The notes under the pieces: model-generated | Database searches by the model: none | Seen by the model: the letters and a program-made list of their open reading frames with translations, nothing else | What the model was told of the DNA's origin: nothing | In this document: piece after piece, positions 16,362-24,273 of the stretch | Layout: every line of letters begins with the position of its first letter | Position numbering within the stretch: the stretch's first letter is position 1 | Program-made: the position numbers and the translations under genes | Origin: Chlamydiota bacterium | GTDB taxonomy: Bacteria; Auribacterota; JACPWU01 | Assembly: GCA_016196885.1 (NCBI GenBank) | Contig: JACPWU010000022.1 | Span: forward strand, 1 to 32,000 | Direction of reading: 5' to 3' | Length of the DNA: 32,000 nucleotides

Positions 16362-16505
16362 ATGAAACAAGAGCTCAAAACCATACGTCTGACCCGACAG
16401 GAAGAAAAGGAAATGAACCATTTCCTAAAGGTTCACCCTTATATTCGTAACTTTTCTACTTTGGTACGCGCGTCTGTTTGGGAATTTTTTAAAAAACATG
16501 AATAA
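16362..16505 (+). CDS. Small ribbon-helix-helix-like protein (47 aa), a possible antitoxin or autoregulator
   Basis: Falls below the track length cut-off. Sequence MKQELKTIRLTRQEEKEMNHFLKVHPYIRNFSTLVRASVWEFFKKHE has a beta-strand-like KTIRLT followed by two helices, the typical RHH layout. A promoter-like sequence lies directly upstream. Confidence 0.45.
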   Translation: MKQELKTIRLTRQEEKEMNHFLKVHPYIRNFSTLVRASVWEFFKKHE

Positions 16506-16519
16506 AAAAAAAAAAAAAA
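16504..16519 (+). repeat. A16 homopolymer tract
   Basis: 16 consecutive A residues sit between the TAA of the RHH ORF and the next ORF. Confidence 0.95.
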
Positions 16520-16568
16520 TGAAAAGCCTTCCTTTCTATGGGAATATGATTTAACCCATGGAGAAATC

Positions 16569-16763
16569 GTGGAGATCCTGAGAGGCCCCCAAAAGAACCG
16601 TCTCTGGCTTGTGGGAAAAATCATTGAACATGGGAAATGGGGCGAGGTATGGTCTTACTTAACCCTTGAACAAATCGCTTACGATTTTCCCTTGCTACGA
16701 CTCCCTTCGAAAATAAAAGAACACTGGCGTTATGCACTGGAACGATGGGGGGCCCGTCCATGA
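16569..16763 (+). CDS. Small hypothetical protein (64 aa from GTG), the likely partner of the downstream AbiEii-like gene. Its 5' end is uncertain.
   Basis: GGAG lies 6 nt upstream of GTG 16569. The stop overlaps the downstream ATG (ATGA at 16760-16763), suggesting translational coupling. The open frame extends upstream to 16506 (KKKKNEKPSFLWEYDLTHGEI) with no canonical start codon. Confidence 0.45.
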   Translation: MEILRGPQKNRLWLVGKIIEHGKWGEVWSYLTLEQIAYDFPLLRLPSKIKEHWRYALERWGARP

Positions 16764-17413
16764 ATGTTTTAACAGAGTTACAACAAAAGGCTCTTAGGGC
16801 TTTTTTCTCCGTTCCAGAACTGAAAAGGCATTTCTATCTGACAGGGGGAACCGCCCTTTCAGGATTTTATCTAATGCACCGATTCTCAGATGATCTGGAC
16901 CTTTTTACACACTCGATTGAGATTGACGACATTGAAAGAATTGCAATAGATGCATGGAAAAACTTTGGACTACATCCGGTGAAAGAAAGGGGCTCTCCTA
17001 CTTATAGACGCTTTCTCCTGAACGATGGTTTACAAGTAGATCTGGTCAAAGATATTGATTTTAGAGTGGGAACCCCGCAACTGCATCAATCCTTTATGGT
17101 GGACAATCCCAAAAATATTGCAGTGAACAAAGTCACCGCGATTTACGGACGCTTTGAGCCCAAAGACTATGTTGGTCTGTATTTTTTAAAGGCTTATCTC
17201 TCATACAATATTTTGGAACTTCTCAAATTGGGCATGCAAAAAGATGGAGGACTTGAACCTTTTCACTGGGCAAGAATTATTAAAGATGTAGAAAACATCA
17301 CCGTGCTTCCACGCATGTTGAAACCTTTGGAATTGACAGAGCTGAAAAAATTCTTCATGAACTTTAGAGAAGAAATTATAGACAGCCTTAAACCCAAGAA
17401 TTCAACATCCTAG
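16760..17413 (+). CDS. Nucleotidyltransferase of the AbiEii/AbiGii (DUF1814) toxin family
   Basis: Pol-beta-type NTase motif YLTGGTALSGFYLMHRFSDDLDLF. The likely start is ATG 16760 (MNVLTEL), which overlaps the upstream stop. Confidence 0.78.
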   Translation: MNVLTELQQKALRAFFSVPELKRHFYLTGGTALSGFYLMHRFSDDLDLFTHSIEIDDIERIAIDAWKNFGLHPVKERGSPTYRRFLLNDGLQVDLVKDIDFRVGTPQLHQSFMVDNPKNIAVNKVTAIYGRFEPKDYVGLYFLKAYLSYNILELLKLGMQKDGGLEPFHWARIIKDVENITVLPRMLKPLELTELKKFFMNFREEIIDSLKPKNSTS

Positions 17414-17522
17414 CGCCCGACCTTCATTCTGTCTGAAGCTTTACTGAAGGCAGAAATGTGGGTTAGTACCTCGTGGCAGCACATTACAAGGTCTTGCGGC
17501 ATGATGCCTCATGAACCCCTGC

Positions 17523-18713
17523 TCAAAGATTAAAAATCCTTTTTAAACCCTCTTGCCAAGGAAGACAATGCACCTGTGCAATTTTTTGAGGCGTTGGATC
17601 CAAAGAAAGCCAATAGGCCTTCGCTTCCTTAAATGCCTCAACTTGTCGAGCGAATTTTTTCACCCTGTGCTCATCCACCGTCTCACTCGATTTAATCTCA
17701 ACTAAAATTTCCTCATTGGGTCTTGAAAGAATGAGATCCACTTCAACATCTCGCGTCCTAAAATACGAAAGTCGAAAGTCTTTCATCAAGAGATCATTCA
17801 AACGAAAAATCTCCAAAATAACCCAATGCTCAAAAGCCTCTCCATAGGCTGAAGTTCTGGGACTCAGAGGTACGTCCAGAACACCTGCCAGGACACGTTT
17901 CACACCCACGTCAAAAAAATAAAATTTAGGATGTGTCCGTTGGGCCTTTCGAACAGAACGGCTGTATCCAGACAAGAAAAATCCCAAGTGCGTATCTTCA
18001 AGAATCTGAAAATAAGATTGAAGAGTCTTGTGATCTGTTCCCACATCACGGGCAATCGCACTATAATTCAACGGAGCCCCATTGCTCTGGGCAGCTACCT
18101 CCAAAAAGGAACGGAAGGGAGTCAGCCGTCTCACCAACTGCTCAAGTTGGATTTCTTCTTTCAGATAAGTCAGCGCGTAGGATCTTAGAAACAATGATTT
18201 GTCCTGAGAATTCTCGATCTCACTCAATTTCGGAAGCGTCCCCCAATGAAGAGCTTGGCTCAAGTCAAAACGCTTTCCCAATTCAAAAGAGCCCAGGGGA
18301 TGGAGCGCATAGACAAAGGCACGACCCGCGAGCAAATTGGCTGCACCTCTCTTTAATTTCCTAGCGCTAGAACCCGTCAGAATAAACTTAAGATGAAGAG
18401 ACTCTATGAGATGATGAACCACATCCAAAAGCCTGGGAACTTTTTGTACCTCATCAATAAAAACCCACTCAAGCTCCTTCTTCTCTAAATGTTCTAACAC
18501 CATCGCCTTAAGCCTCCCAGGGTGCCGAACATACAAATCCTCTACCTCTGGCAAGAGCAAGTCCAAGACCAAAATCTTCGACAGATCAACATCTTTCAAG
18601 AACTGATCTTTAACAAAGGTCGATTTCCCCGTCCCCCTAGCCCCAAAGAGGAAAAAACTCCCAGAGCGTGTTGGATTGATCAATCTTGGTATCATACTCC
18701 CAAATTGTGACAT
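17523..18713 (-). CDS. AAA-family ATPase with a DUF4143-type C-terminal domain that has a PD-(D/E)xK-like motif
   Basis: 396 aa with Walker A GARGTGKST and Walker B VFIDEVQK. The C-terminal segment VEVDLILSRPNEEILVEIKSS fits a D...ExK nuclease-like motif. Confidence 0.82.
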   Translation of the reverse strand: MSQFGSMIPRLINPTRSGSFFLFGARGTGKSTFVKDQFLKDVDLSKILVLDLLLPEVEDLYVRHPGRLKAMVLEHLEKKELEWVFIDEVQKVPRLLDVVHHLIESLHLKFILTGSSARKLKRGAANLLAGRAFVYALHPLGSFELGKRFDLSQALHWGTLPKLSEIENSQDKSLFLRSYALTYLKEEIQLEQLVRRLTPFRSFLEVAAQSNGAPLNYSAIARDVGTDHKTLQSYFQILEDTHLGFFLSGYSRSVRKAQRTHPKFYFFDVGVKRVLAGVLDVPLSPRTSAYGEAFEHWVILEIFRLNDLLMKDFRLSYFRTRDVEVDLILSRPNEEILVEIKSSETVDEHRVKKFARQVEAFKEAKAYWLSLDPTPQKIAQVHCLPWQEGLKRIFNL

Positions 18714-18852
18714 CTTTAGGGAGTATAGTCAATATTTTTGCTCCATCCTAAAAAACGCAAACTTCTCGGGTCAGGTCTTGTAATCGCACATAAGCCATTT
18801 ACGATTTATATTTACAACTACCTCCATTGAAATGAATTATAGAATATTTTAC

Positions 18853-18880
18853 TCACGACTCACCCCTCACGACGCACGAC
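18853..18880. repeat. Heptad array abutting the IOR stop codon
   Basis: CTCACGA CTCACCC CTCACGA CGCACGA. Confidence 0.8.
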
Positions 18881-21800
18881 TATTTTCCACTGTTGATTTT
18901 GACACCCTCTATGGAAGCAGAAGAAGGTGTCAATCTCTTTGAATGGGGAGATGAAGTCCCCAAAAGCTCACTCACTTTGAGTTTGGCCTCATCCATTTTG
19001 GGATAGCGCACTTGGCGATAGCCTCGGACCTCTTCAGGGGTTTGAAGGGCCTGAACATAGAGACGATAGGAGGCTTCTTCCTGAAAATCAAAATTGTCTA
19101 CCAAGTCAGAATACCATTGTCGAAAATCTTTTTCTGCCTTGTGCCATTGGGGAAGGATCTTTCTCAAAAATTTCAAATGTTTCATAATATTGAGCTGCCA
19201 ATTCTGGGTCACAATGTCAAATTCGATATTCCAGGGGCCTATTTTAAATTGTGGCCGATTGATGTGGCGATAAATCAACCGATCTCCTGCATGATGGATG
19301 TTGTAGCGTTCCTCATCCCTCCTCTTCTTTTCCACACTCGTCAGTAAATGGGCCACATAAACTTCGTCCTTGATTAACATCACCTTGGCCAAATTAAAAA
19401 GCGCTGCCTTTGTGGCTTGGTATTGCAGTTCCAACCGGTCTTTGTGATAGACAGAAAGAACTTTTTCTACATAATTTTTCGCATAAGCTACGTTTTCATA
19501 TTGAATGAGATCGTAAACACGAAGGGCAAAATGACGCAAGGTCTCATCGTCTAAAACCAATTGTGTCAAGGCTCCCTGAACGATCTCCCGATAAACCTTG
19601 GAGCGGTAACTTCCCTGCCAACCCCGACCTAGAATTTTTTCTTTCTCTTCAAAAAGAGCTTGAAAACCTTTGGGCTGATTTTGCTTCTCAAAAAATTCTC
19701 TCGAAAGAACCATGCGCCGACCTACATTAAAAGCCAAAATATTTCTCTTCAAATCGCTGTGAATGGTATCTTGAATCGCCCCCAAAATACTTTCCAGACT
19801 CAAAGGGAGTAACCCCTTTTGAAAGGCCGCACCCAGCATCACCAAATTGACGTAGAGCTTAGATCCCAAGTATTTTTCTGAAACGTCCGAGAAATCAAAA
19901 CCGTCATAATAATCCTTGCGCGTGTATTTCTTCAGCAACCCTTCTAATTCGTCAAGTGAAAAATGGTCCAGGCCCATGAGACTTCGAATGGTGGGCGTTT
20001 TGTATAAATTAACAAAGGCCACGGTCCGGTCCGGACTTCCCATGCGTAAATGCATTCGAGAATCCAAGGCCCGAACGGCCTCCAAGGCGTCTAATCCCCA
20101 GAGCAAATCGGCCTTTCCATTGGGAATCACTTGAGAAACAGGCAAAGGTCCCTTGAGAAAACTGATTTCGGAATAGACCCCTCCGTTGCGAATCGCTAAA
20201 CCCTTCTTGTCGCAGAAAAGGACGTGATAACCTTCCTTCATCCCGGCATGAACCAAGATAGAAGTGAGAACCCCAATTCCCATTCCTCCCACGCCCGCAA
20301 CATAAGTGTGCCACTGGTCCTTGATTTTCCAATAGACGGGTGAAGAAAAATGATCCAGATCCAATTTTTTCAAACGATCTTCCGGTTTCCCCGATCGCTT
20401 CACAATCACCTTTTCAAAAGAGGGGCAGACCTTGACCTTGGTGCAAGCGGTATCTGCCACACAAGTGGAAAGATCCGTCACAATTTTGGGACCGTAATCC
20501 GTCTCCTCCACCGTGAGTCCGGGACATCCTGTAGATTTCGTACACTCCAAACAATATTCGCAAACTTGAGGTGTGATATTGACAAATTCTTCCCTAGGCA
20601 AATACCCCTTCTCCCGAATGGTCCGACCCTTCTCTCGACGAACCCGGCGGTGATAGGTAATACCGCATTCTTTATCCGCAATTAGAACCTTGACACCGTC
20701 CTGTAAAATGGTCTCTTCCAAAATGTCCCGATACTGCGTCCGATAAGCCGGATTAACCCGCATCACTGGAATGGTGCCATCATGCGTCATCCCCTTCAAA
20801 ACATGCTCGATGTCCTGGGCAAAGGTAGGACGGCCTAAAATATCGGTATCAGACTCAGGCGTGGGCTGATGACCCGTCATGGCCGTGGTTTTATTATCCA
20901 AAATAATGTAGGTGATATCTTGATGATTCTTGACCGAATCAGAAATGGCCGCCATACCGCTGTGAAAAAAGGTGGAGTCTCCCATGAACACCACTTGCTT
21001 ATTCACAATAAAAGGATCAATGCCTGCCCCTGTTCCCCCGCCCAGACCCATGCCAGAATAATTGTGCATCAATTCTTGATTGGGCTCGAACATCAACATG
21101 GTATAACAGCCGGTATCCCCATGAAAAAGCAAGTCCACGGGATTTGTTTCATGACGAGCTTTCATGTATTTGGGATCCCGAAAATCTTTCTTAATTTCGA
21201 TCAGCACACTAGAAGAATCGCGGTGGGGACATCCCGGACAAAAAGTCGGCGTGCGAAGAGGTATTTCAGCAGAAAAATTTCCTACCGCTTCAATCAAGGC
21301 CAATTCACTTTTGATCCTTGCCTTATTCATTCCCTCAACAGGAAATCGCAAAAAGAGCGGGCCCAAATGTTCTATCAAAATAGAGGGATTGAGCCCACGT
21401 GTGGCTGGAATGCCAGAAAGTCCTTCCGGAAAAGATTTTCCCCAGATTTTCGGTGAAATCCAATTGGAATGCCTTTGAGAAGCATCCTTCAAAAGAGAAG
21501 TGATTTGCTCTTCAATAAATCCTCTCTTCTCTTCAATCACAATAATGTTTTTCACCTGATTGGCAAAATCCAAAACCAATTCTGGATCCAGAGGATACGT
21601 AATCCCTAATTTTAAAATGGGAAAATGCGCCTGAAGCCCCATTTCCAAAAGCGCATGTTCCAAATAGCTGTACGCGAGACCCGAACTGACGAATCCAAAA
21701 TCGCTCAGGCCTTGAGCAGGATAATGAATGACATTCACCCTTTTTTCGCGACATAAACGATGAAGCTCTCTAAAGCGCCCCTCTAAATCTTCTTCTCGAC

Positions 21801-22470
21801 GTGCAGTTCGGGGCGGCAAAAGAACCGTATCGGCCACCGGAATTTTTCGCGTGTCTAATTCCACTTTGTGATGAAGGTTAATGCGAGGATACTGGTTCGG
21901 ATAAACCTCGACCATGCCTCCTCCATCCGCTTGATTGGTCGTGACAAGATAAAGAATATAGAGGTTGGAATCCCGAGACAGTTCAAACGCCCATCTCACC
22001 CAGTCTTTTAATTCCTGAAAAGAACTGGGCTCCATCACGGGAACTTGAAGATGCCGAGAAATAAATCGGGTATCGGCTGGCACCTGTGTGCTGTCGGTCC
22101 AAGGGTCATCGCCTACGACCACAATAGCCCCGCCTTTTTTCCCAAATTTAGAAAGATTTCCCAGGGCCAAACCGTCTGAGGCCACATGCGCCCCGACGCT
22201 TTTCATCACGGCCATGGCGCGAATGTCTTCCATCTGGGACCCATTCAGGCGGGCTACGCTCAAGGCCTCATTGTTGGCGAGCTGGGCCAAAATCCCATGC
22301 TCCAGCAAAAGCTCCTTGATGCTGGAGGCCACATCAAAAACGTCCGCTACAGGTGACCCCGGATAACCCGTCATCAGGCTCACCCCAGCCTCCAAGGCCC
22401 CTTTCACAAGAAGCTCATTGCCGTTAAAAACCTCTAGCCCTTCTGATTTCGTAAAACGCTTGTCCATCAT
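18880..22470 (-). CDS. Indolepyruvate:ferredoxin oxidoreductase family protein (fused alpha/beta, 1196 aa)
   Basis: TPP-binding region GDSTFFHSG and a Cys cluster CEYCLECTKSTGCP. Size and domain order match fused bacterial IOR proteins. Confidence 0.88.
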   Translation of the reverse strand: MMDKRFTKSEGLEVFNGNELLVKGALEAGVSLMTGYPGSPVADVFDVASSIKELLLEHGILAQLANNEALSVARLNGSQMEDIRAMAVMKSVGAHVASDGLALGNLSKFGKKGGAIVVVGDDPWTDSTQVPADTRFISRHLQVPVMEPSSFQELKDWVRWAFELSRDSNLYILYLVTTNQADGGGMVEVYPNQYPRINLHHKVELDTRKIPVADTVLLPPRTARREEDLEGRFRELHRLCREKRVNVIHYPAQGLSDFGFVSSGLAYSYLEHALLEMGLQAHFPILKLGITYPLDPELVLDFANQVKNIIVIEEKRGFIEEQITSLLKDASQRHSNWISPKIWGKSFPEGLSGIPATRGLNPSILIEHLGPLFLRFPVEGMNKARIKSELALIEAVGNFSAEIPLRTPTFCPGCPHRDSSSVLIEIKKDFRDPKYMKARHETNPVDLLFHGDTGCYTMLMFEPNQELMHNYSGMGLGGGTGAGIDPFIVNKQVVFMGDSTFFHSGMAAISDSVKNHQDITYIILDNKTTAMTGHQPTPESDTDILGRPTFAQDIEHVLKGMTHDGTIPVMRVNPAYRTQYRDILEETILQDGVKVLIADKECGITYHRRVRREKGRTIREKGYLPREEFVNITPQVCEYCLECTKSTGCPGLTVEETDYGPKIVTDLSTCVADTACTKVKVCPSFEKVIVKRSGKPEDRLKKLDLDHFSSPVYWKIKDQWHTYVAGVGGMGIGVLTSILVHAGMKEGYHVLFCDKKGLAIRNGGVYSEISFLKGPLPVSQVIPNGKADLLWGLDALEAVRALDSRMHLRMGSPDRTVAFVNLYKTPTIRSLMGLDHFSLDELEGLLKKYTRKDYYDGFDFSDVSEKYLGSKLYVNLVMLGAAFQKGLLPLSLESILGAIQDTIHSDLKRNILAFNVGRRMVLSREFFEKQNQPKGFQALFEEKEKILGRGWQGSYRSKVYREIVQGALTQLVLDDETLRHFALRVYDLIQYENVAYAKNYVEKVLSVYHKDRLELQYQATKAALFNLAKVMLIKDEVYVAHLLTSVEKKRRDEERYNIHHAGDRLIYRHINRPQFKIGPWNIEFDIVTQNWQLNIMKHLKFLRKILPQWHKAEKDFRQWYSDLVDNFDFQEEASYRLYVQALQTPEEVRGYRQVRYPKMDEAKLKVSELLGTSSPHSKRLTPSSASIEGVKINSGK

Positions 22471-22546
22471 TTTTTACTCGTCGTTAGCCCGCATTTCATC
22501 TGAAAATAGTCTTTAGTTATTCTTATACAATAAGTTATGATGACTT

Positions 22547-22591
22547 GTAGTCGCCCGATTCATCGGGCAGCCCCATAAATGGGGCGACTAC
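22547..22591. repeat. REP-like core, copy 3 (core only)
   Basis: GTAGTCGCCCGATTCATCGGGCAGCCCCATAAATGGGGCGACTAC. The outer 9-10 bp stem encloses two 5-bp hairpins. Confidence 0.85.
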
Positions 22592-22697
22592 AAGGGTGAT
22601 TTTCATCCCCCTTTGTGACTGAAAGGATCCCCGATAAAAACACTCGGGGATGACAAGCTGTAGGCATTTTGAGCTCGTGATGAGAAATGCGGTTTAG

Positions 22698-22721
22698 TCG
22701 CTCGTCATTCGTATTTCGTAC
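22698..22721. repeat. Heptad array in the nadK-IOR intergenic region
   Basis: TCGCTCG TCATTCG TATTTCG TAC. It shares the CGTATTTCGTA motif with 28719-28729 and, in variant form, with the reverse complement of 26148-26166. Confidence 0.7.
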
Positions 22722-22762
22722 AGATTGCAACCCAATATCCATTATACAGTATTTTACGGGTA

Positions 22763-23632
22763 TTAGGATGGTTTCGTAACAGTTCCACGCCAACCCAATT
22801 TCTCTCGAAGAATTTCAAAATAGCAATTTTTCAGTCGAATCAAAGGAATGGTCCTTGCGCCCTCTTTGATCTCGACCGCATCCCCTTCCTTTAAATCAAG
22901 CCCGAGCTGGCCATCCAAGGTGAGACCCACTCCCTGGGAGCTCGAGGTCAATTGAACACGAACAGTCTGGTCATGAGAAAGGACCAAAGGACGGTTCGAG
23001 AGCGTGTGAGGGCAAATAGGTGTGATGAGCATCACCTGACAATGAGGAACCACGATAGGTCCACCGCCTGAAAGGGAATGGGCCGTAGAGCCCGTTGGCG
23101 TCGCAACAATCAAACCGTCCGAACGATAAGTGGTCAAATATTCTTCATCCACAAAAACATCCAGGCTGAGCATCCGAGAAAGGGCCCCCTTGGTAATCAC
23201 CGCATCATTCAGAGCCTCGTAAGACCGCTCCTTCCCCCCTTTTCGAAGGCGGCGAATTTGCAGCGTCTCCCGTTCATCTATTTCAAAATCACTTTTTAGA
23301 ATTTTCCCGAAGCCCTTCAAAAATTCTGCTGCTGAAAATTCCGTCAAAAAACCCAAGCCACCTAAATTCACACCCAAGACAGGCAAATTCGGCCGAGAGA
23401 CACGCTTCACTGCCTGAAGCAAAGTTCCATCCCCCCCCAAGGCCACCAAAATATCGGCCTCGCGGGTCAACTGGGTATCCGTTCGATAAAGATCCTTTCG
23501 CGCCAAAGACAAGGCCAAAAAGCGATCCAAAAAGATCATCACGTCTTTCTTACGAGAGATTTTCTTGAGCAGTTTCCCCACCACTCGAGGGGCATGAATT
23601 TTATGGGGGTTTGAAAGAATGGCAATTTTCAT
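22763..23632 (-). CDS. nadK: NAD+ kinase
   Basis: 289 aa with the GGDGTLL motif (ALGGDGTLLQA) and the conserved C-terminal beta-domain TGSTAHSLSGGGPIV. Confidence 0.93.
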   Translation of the reverse strand: MKIAILSNPHKIHAPRVVGKLLKKISRKKDVMIFLDRFLALSLARKDLYRTDTQLTREADILVALGGDGTLLQAVKRVSRPNLPVLGVNLGGLGFLTEFSAAEFLKGFGKILKSDFEIDERETLQIRRLRKGGKERSYEALNDAVITKGALSRMLSLDVFVDEEYLTTYRSDGLIVATPTGSTAHSLSGGGPIVVPHCQVMLITPICPHTLSNRPLVLSHDQTVRVQLTSSSQGVGLTLDGQLGLDLKEGDAVEIKEGARTIPLIRLKNCYFEILREKLGWRGTVTKPS

Positions 23633-23699
23633 ATTAAAAGGCTATCAAAGTCAGGGCTATTTTGCTATCTTTAGTCAAAGATCATAAAAAGGAAATACC

Positions 23700-24182
23700 A
23701 TGGACCCCATTTTAGAAATTTTAGAGAAAGACGCTCGGCTCAAGCCAGAAGAAATCGCCAAAATGGTCAAAAGAAATGTAGTCGAGATTAAAAAACTCAT
23801 CCAAAAATATGAGAAGGAACGGGTGATTTTACGCTACAAAACCGTTCTGAATAAAGAGCTTTTAAGAAATTCCAGCGAGGTGAGGGCCTTGATCGAAGTC
23901 AAGGTCACCCCCCAAAGAGACGTTGGCTTTGATGCCATTGCCACGCGTATTTATCAATTTCCGGAGGTGAGAAGCTGCTACCTCATGTCCGGCGGCTACG
24001 ATCTTCTCGTCACAGTCGAAGGGAAAGACCTTCAATCGGTAGCCTCCTTTGTTTCTGAAAAATTGTCCACCCTGGAGAATGTGCATGGAACGGTCACCCA
24101 TTTTCTCTTAAAAAAATACAAAGAGGACGGAGACATTCTGCGCTCACGGGAAGAAGATAAACGGATTGCCATTTCATTTTAG
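23700..24182 (+). CDS. Lrp/AsnC-family transcriptional regulator
   Basis: 160 aa with an N-terminal wHTH (ILEILEKDARLKPEEIAKMV) and a C-terminal RAM/AsnC_trans_reg-like domain. AAGGA lies upstream of the ATG. Confidence 0.87.
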   Translation: MDPILEILEKDARLKPEEIAKMVKRNVVEIKKLIQKYEKERVILRYKTVLNKELLRNSSEVRALIEVKVTPQRDVGFDAIATRIYQFPEVRSCYLMSGGYDLLVTVEGKDLQSVASFVSEKLSTLENVHGTVTHFLLKKYKEDGDILRSREEDKRIAISF

Positions 24183-24260
24183 CGTACAGCGTACAGCGTA
24201 TAGCGTTTAGCGTACAGGAAAAACAAAACTTCTTTTTGCTGTACGCTATCTGCTAAACGC
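24181..24260. repeat. Heptad-array hairpin between the Lrp-family gene and the aminotransferase gene
   Basis: AGCGTAC x2, AGCGTAT, AGCGTTT, AGCGTAC (24181-24215), a loop, then GCTGTAC GCTATCT GCTAAAC (24238-24258). The arms pair as 8 bp plus 9 bp with a bulge. Confidence 0.88.
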
Positions 24261-24273
24261 CAAAAAGAACGAT

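Noticed and set aside
16439-16624. Minus-strand 61-aa track ORF
   Set aside because: It runs antisense through the A16 tract, giving FFFFF, and across the TA-like cassette. It has no start context.
17414-17522. Possible bidirectional terminator between the convergent AbiEii-like and AAA ATPase genes
   Set aside because: Only weak, mismatched stems are present (e.g. TTCTG...CAGAA), with no flanking T or A tracts. That is not enough to call a terminator.
18880-22470. Internal ORFs on both strands within the IOR gene (19012..19347, 20009..20332, 20869..21456, 22088..22366 and others)
   Set aside because: They are nested in a 1196-aa ORF with clear TPP-binding and Fe-S motifs. I treat them as shadow frames.
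22560-22793. Minus-strand 77-aa track ORF
   Set aside because: It starts inside the nadK 3' end and reads through the heptad array, the nested hairpins and the REP-like core. It is a repeat translation, not a gene.
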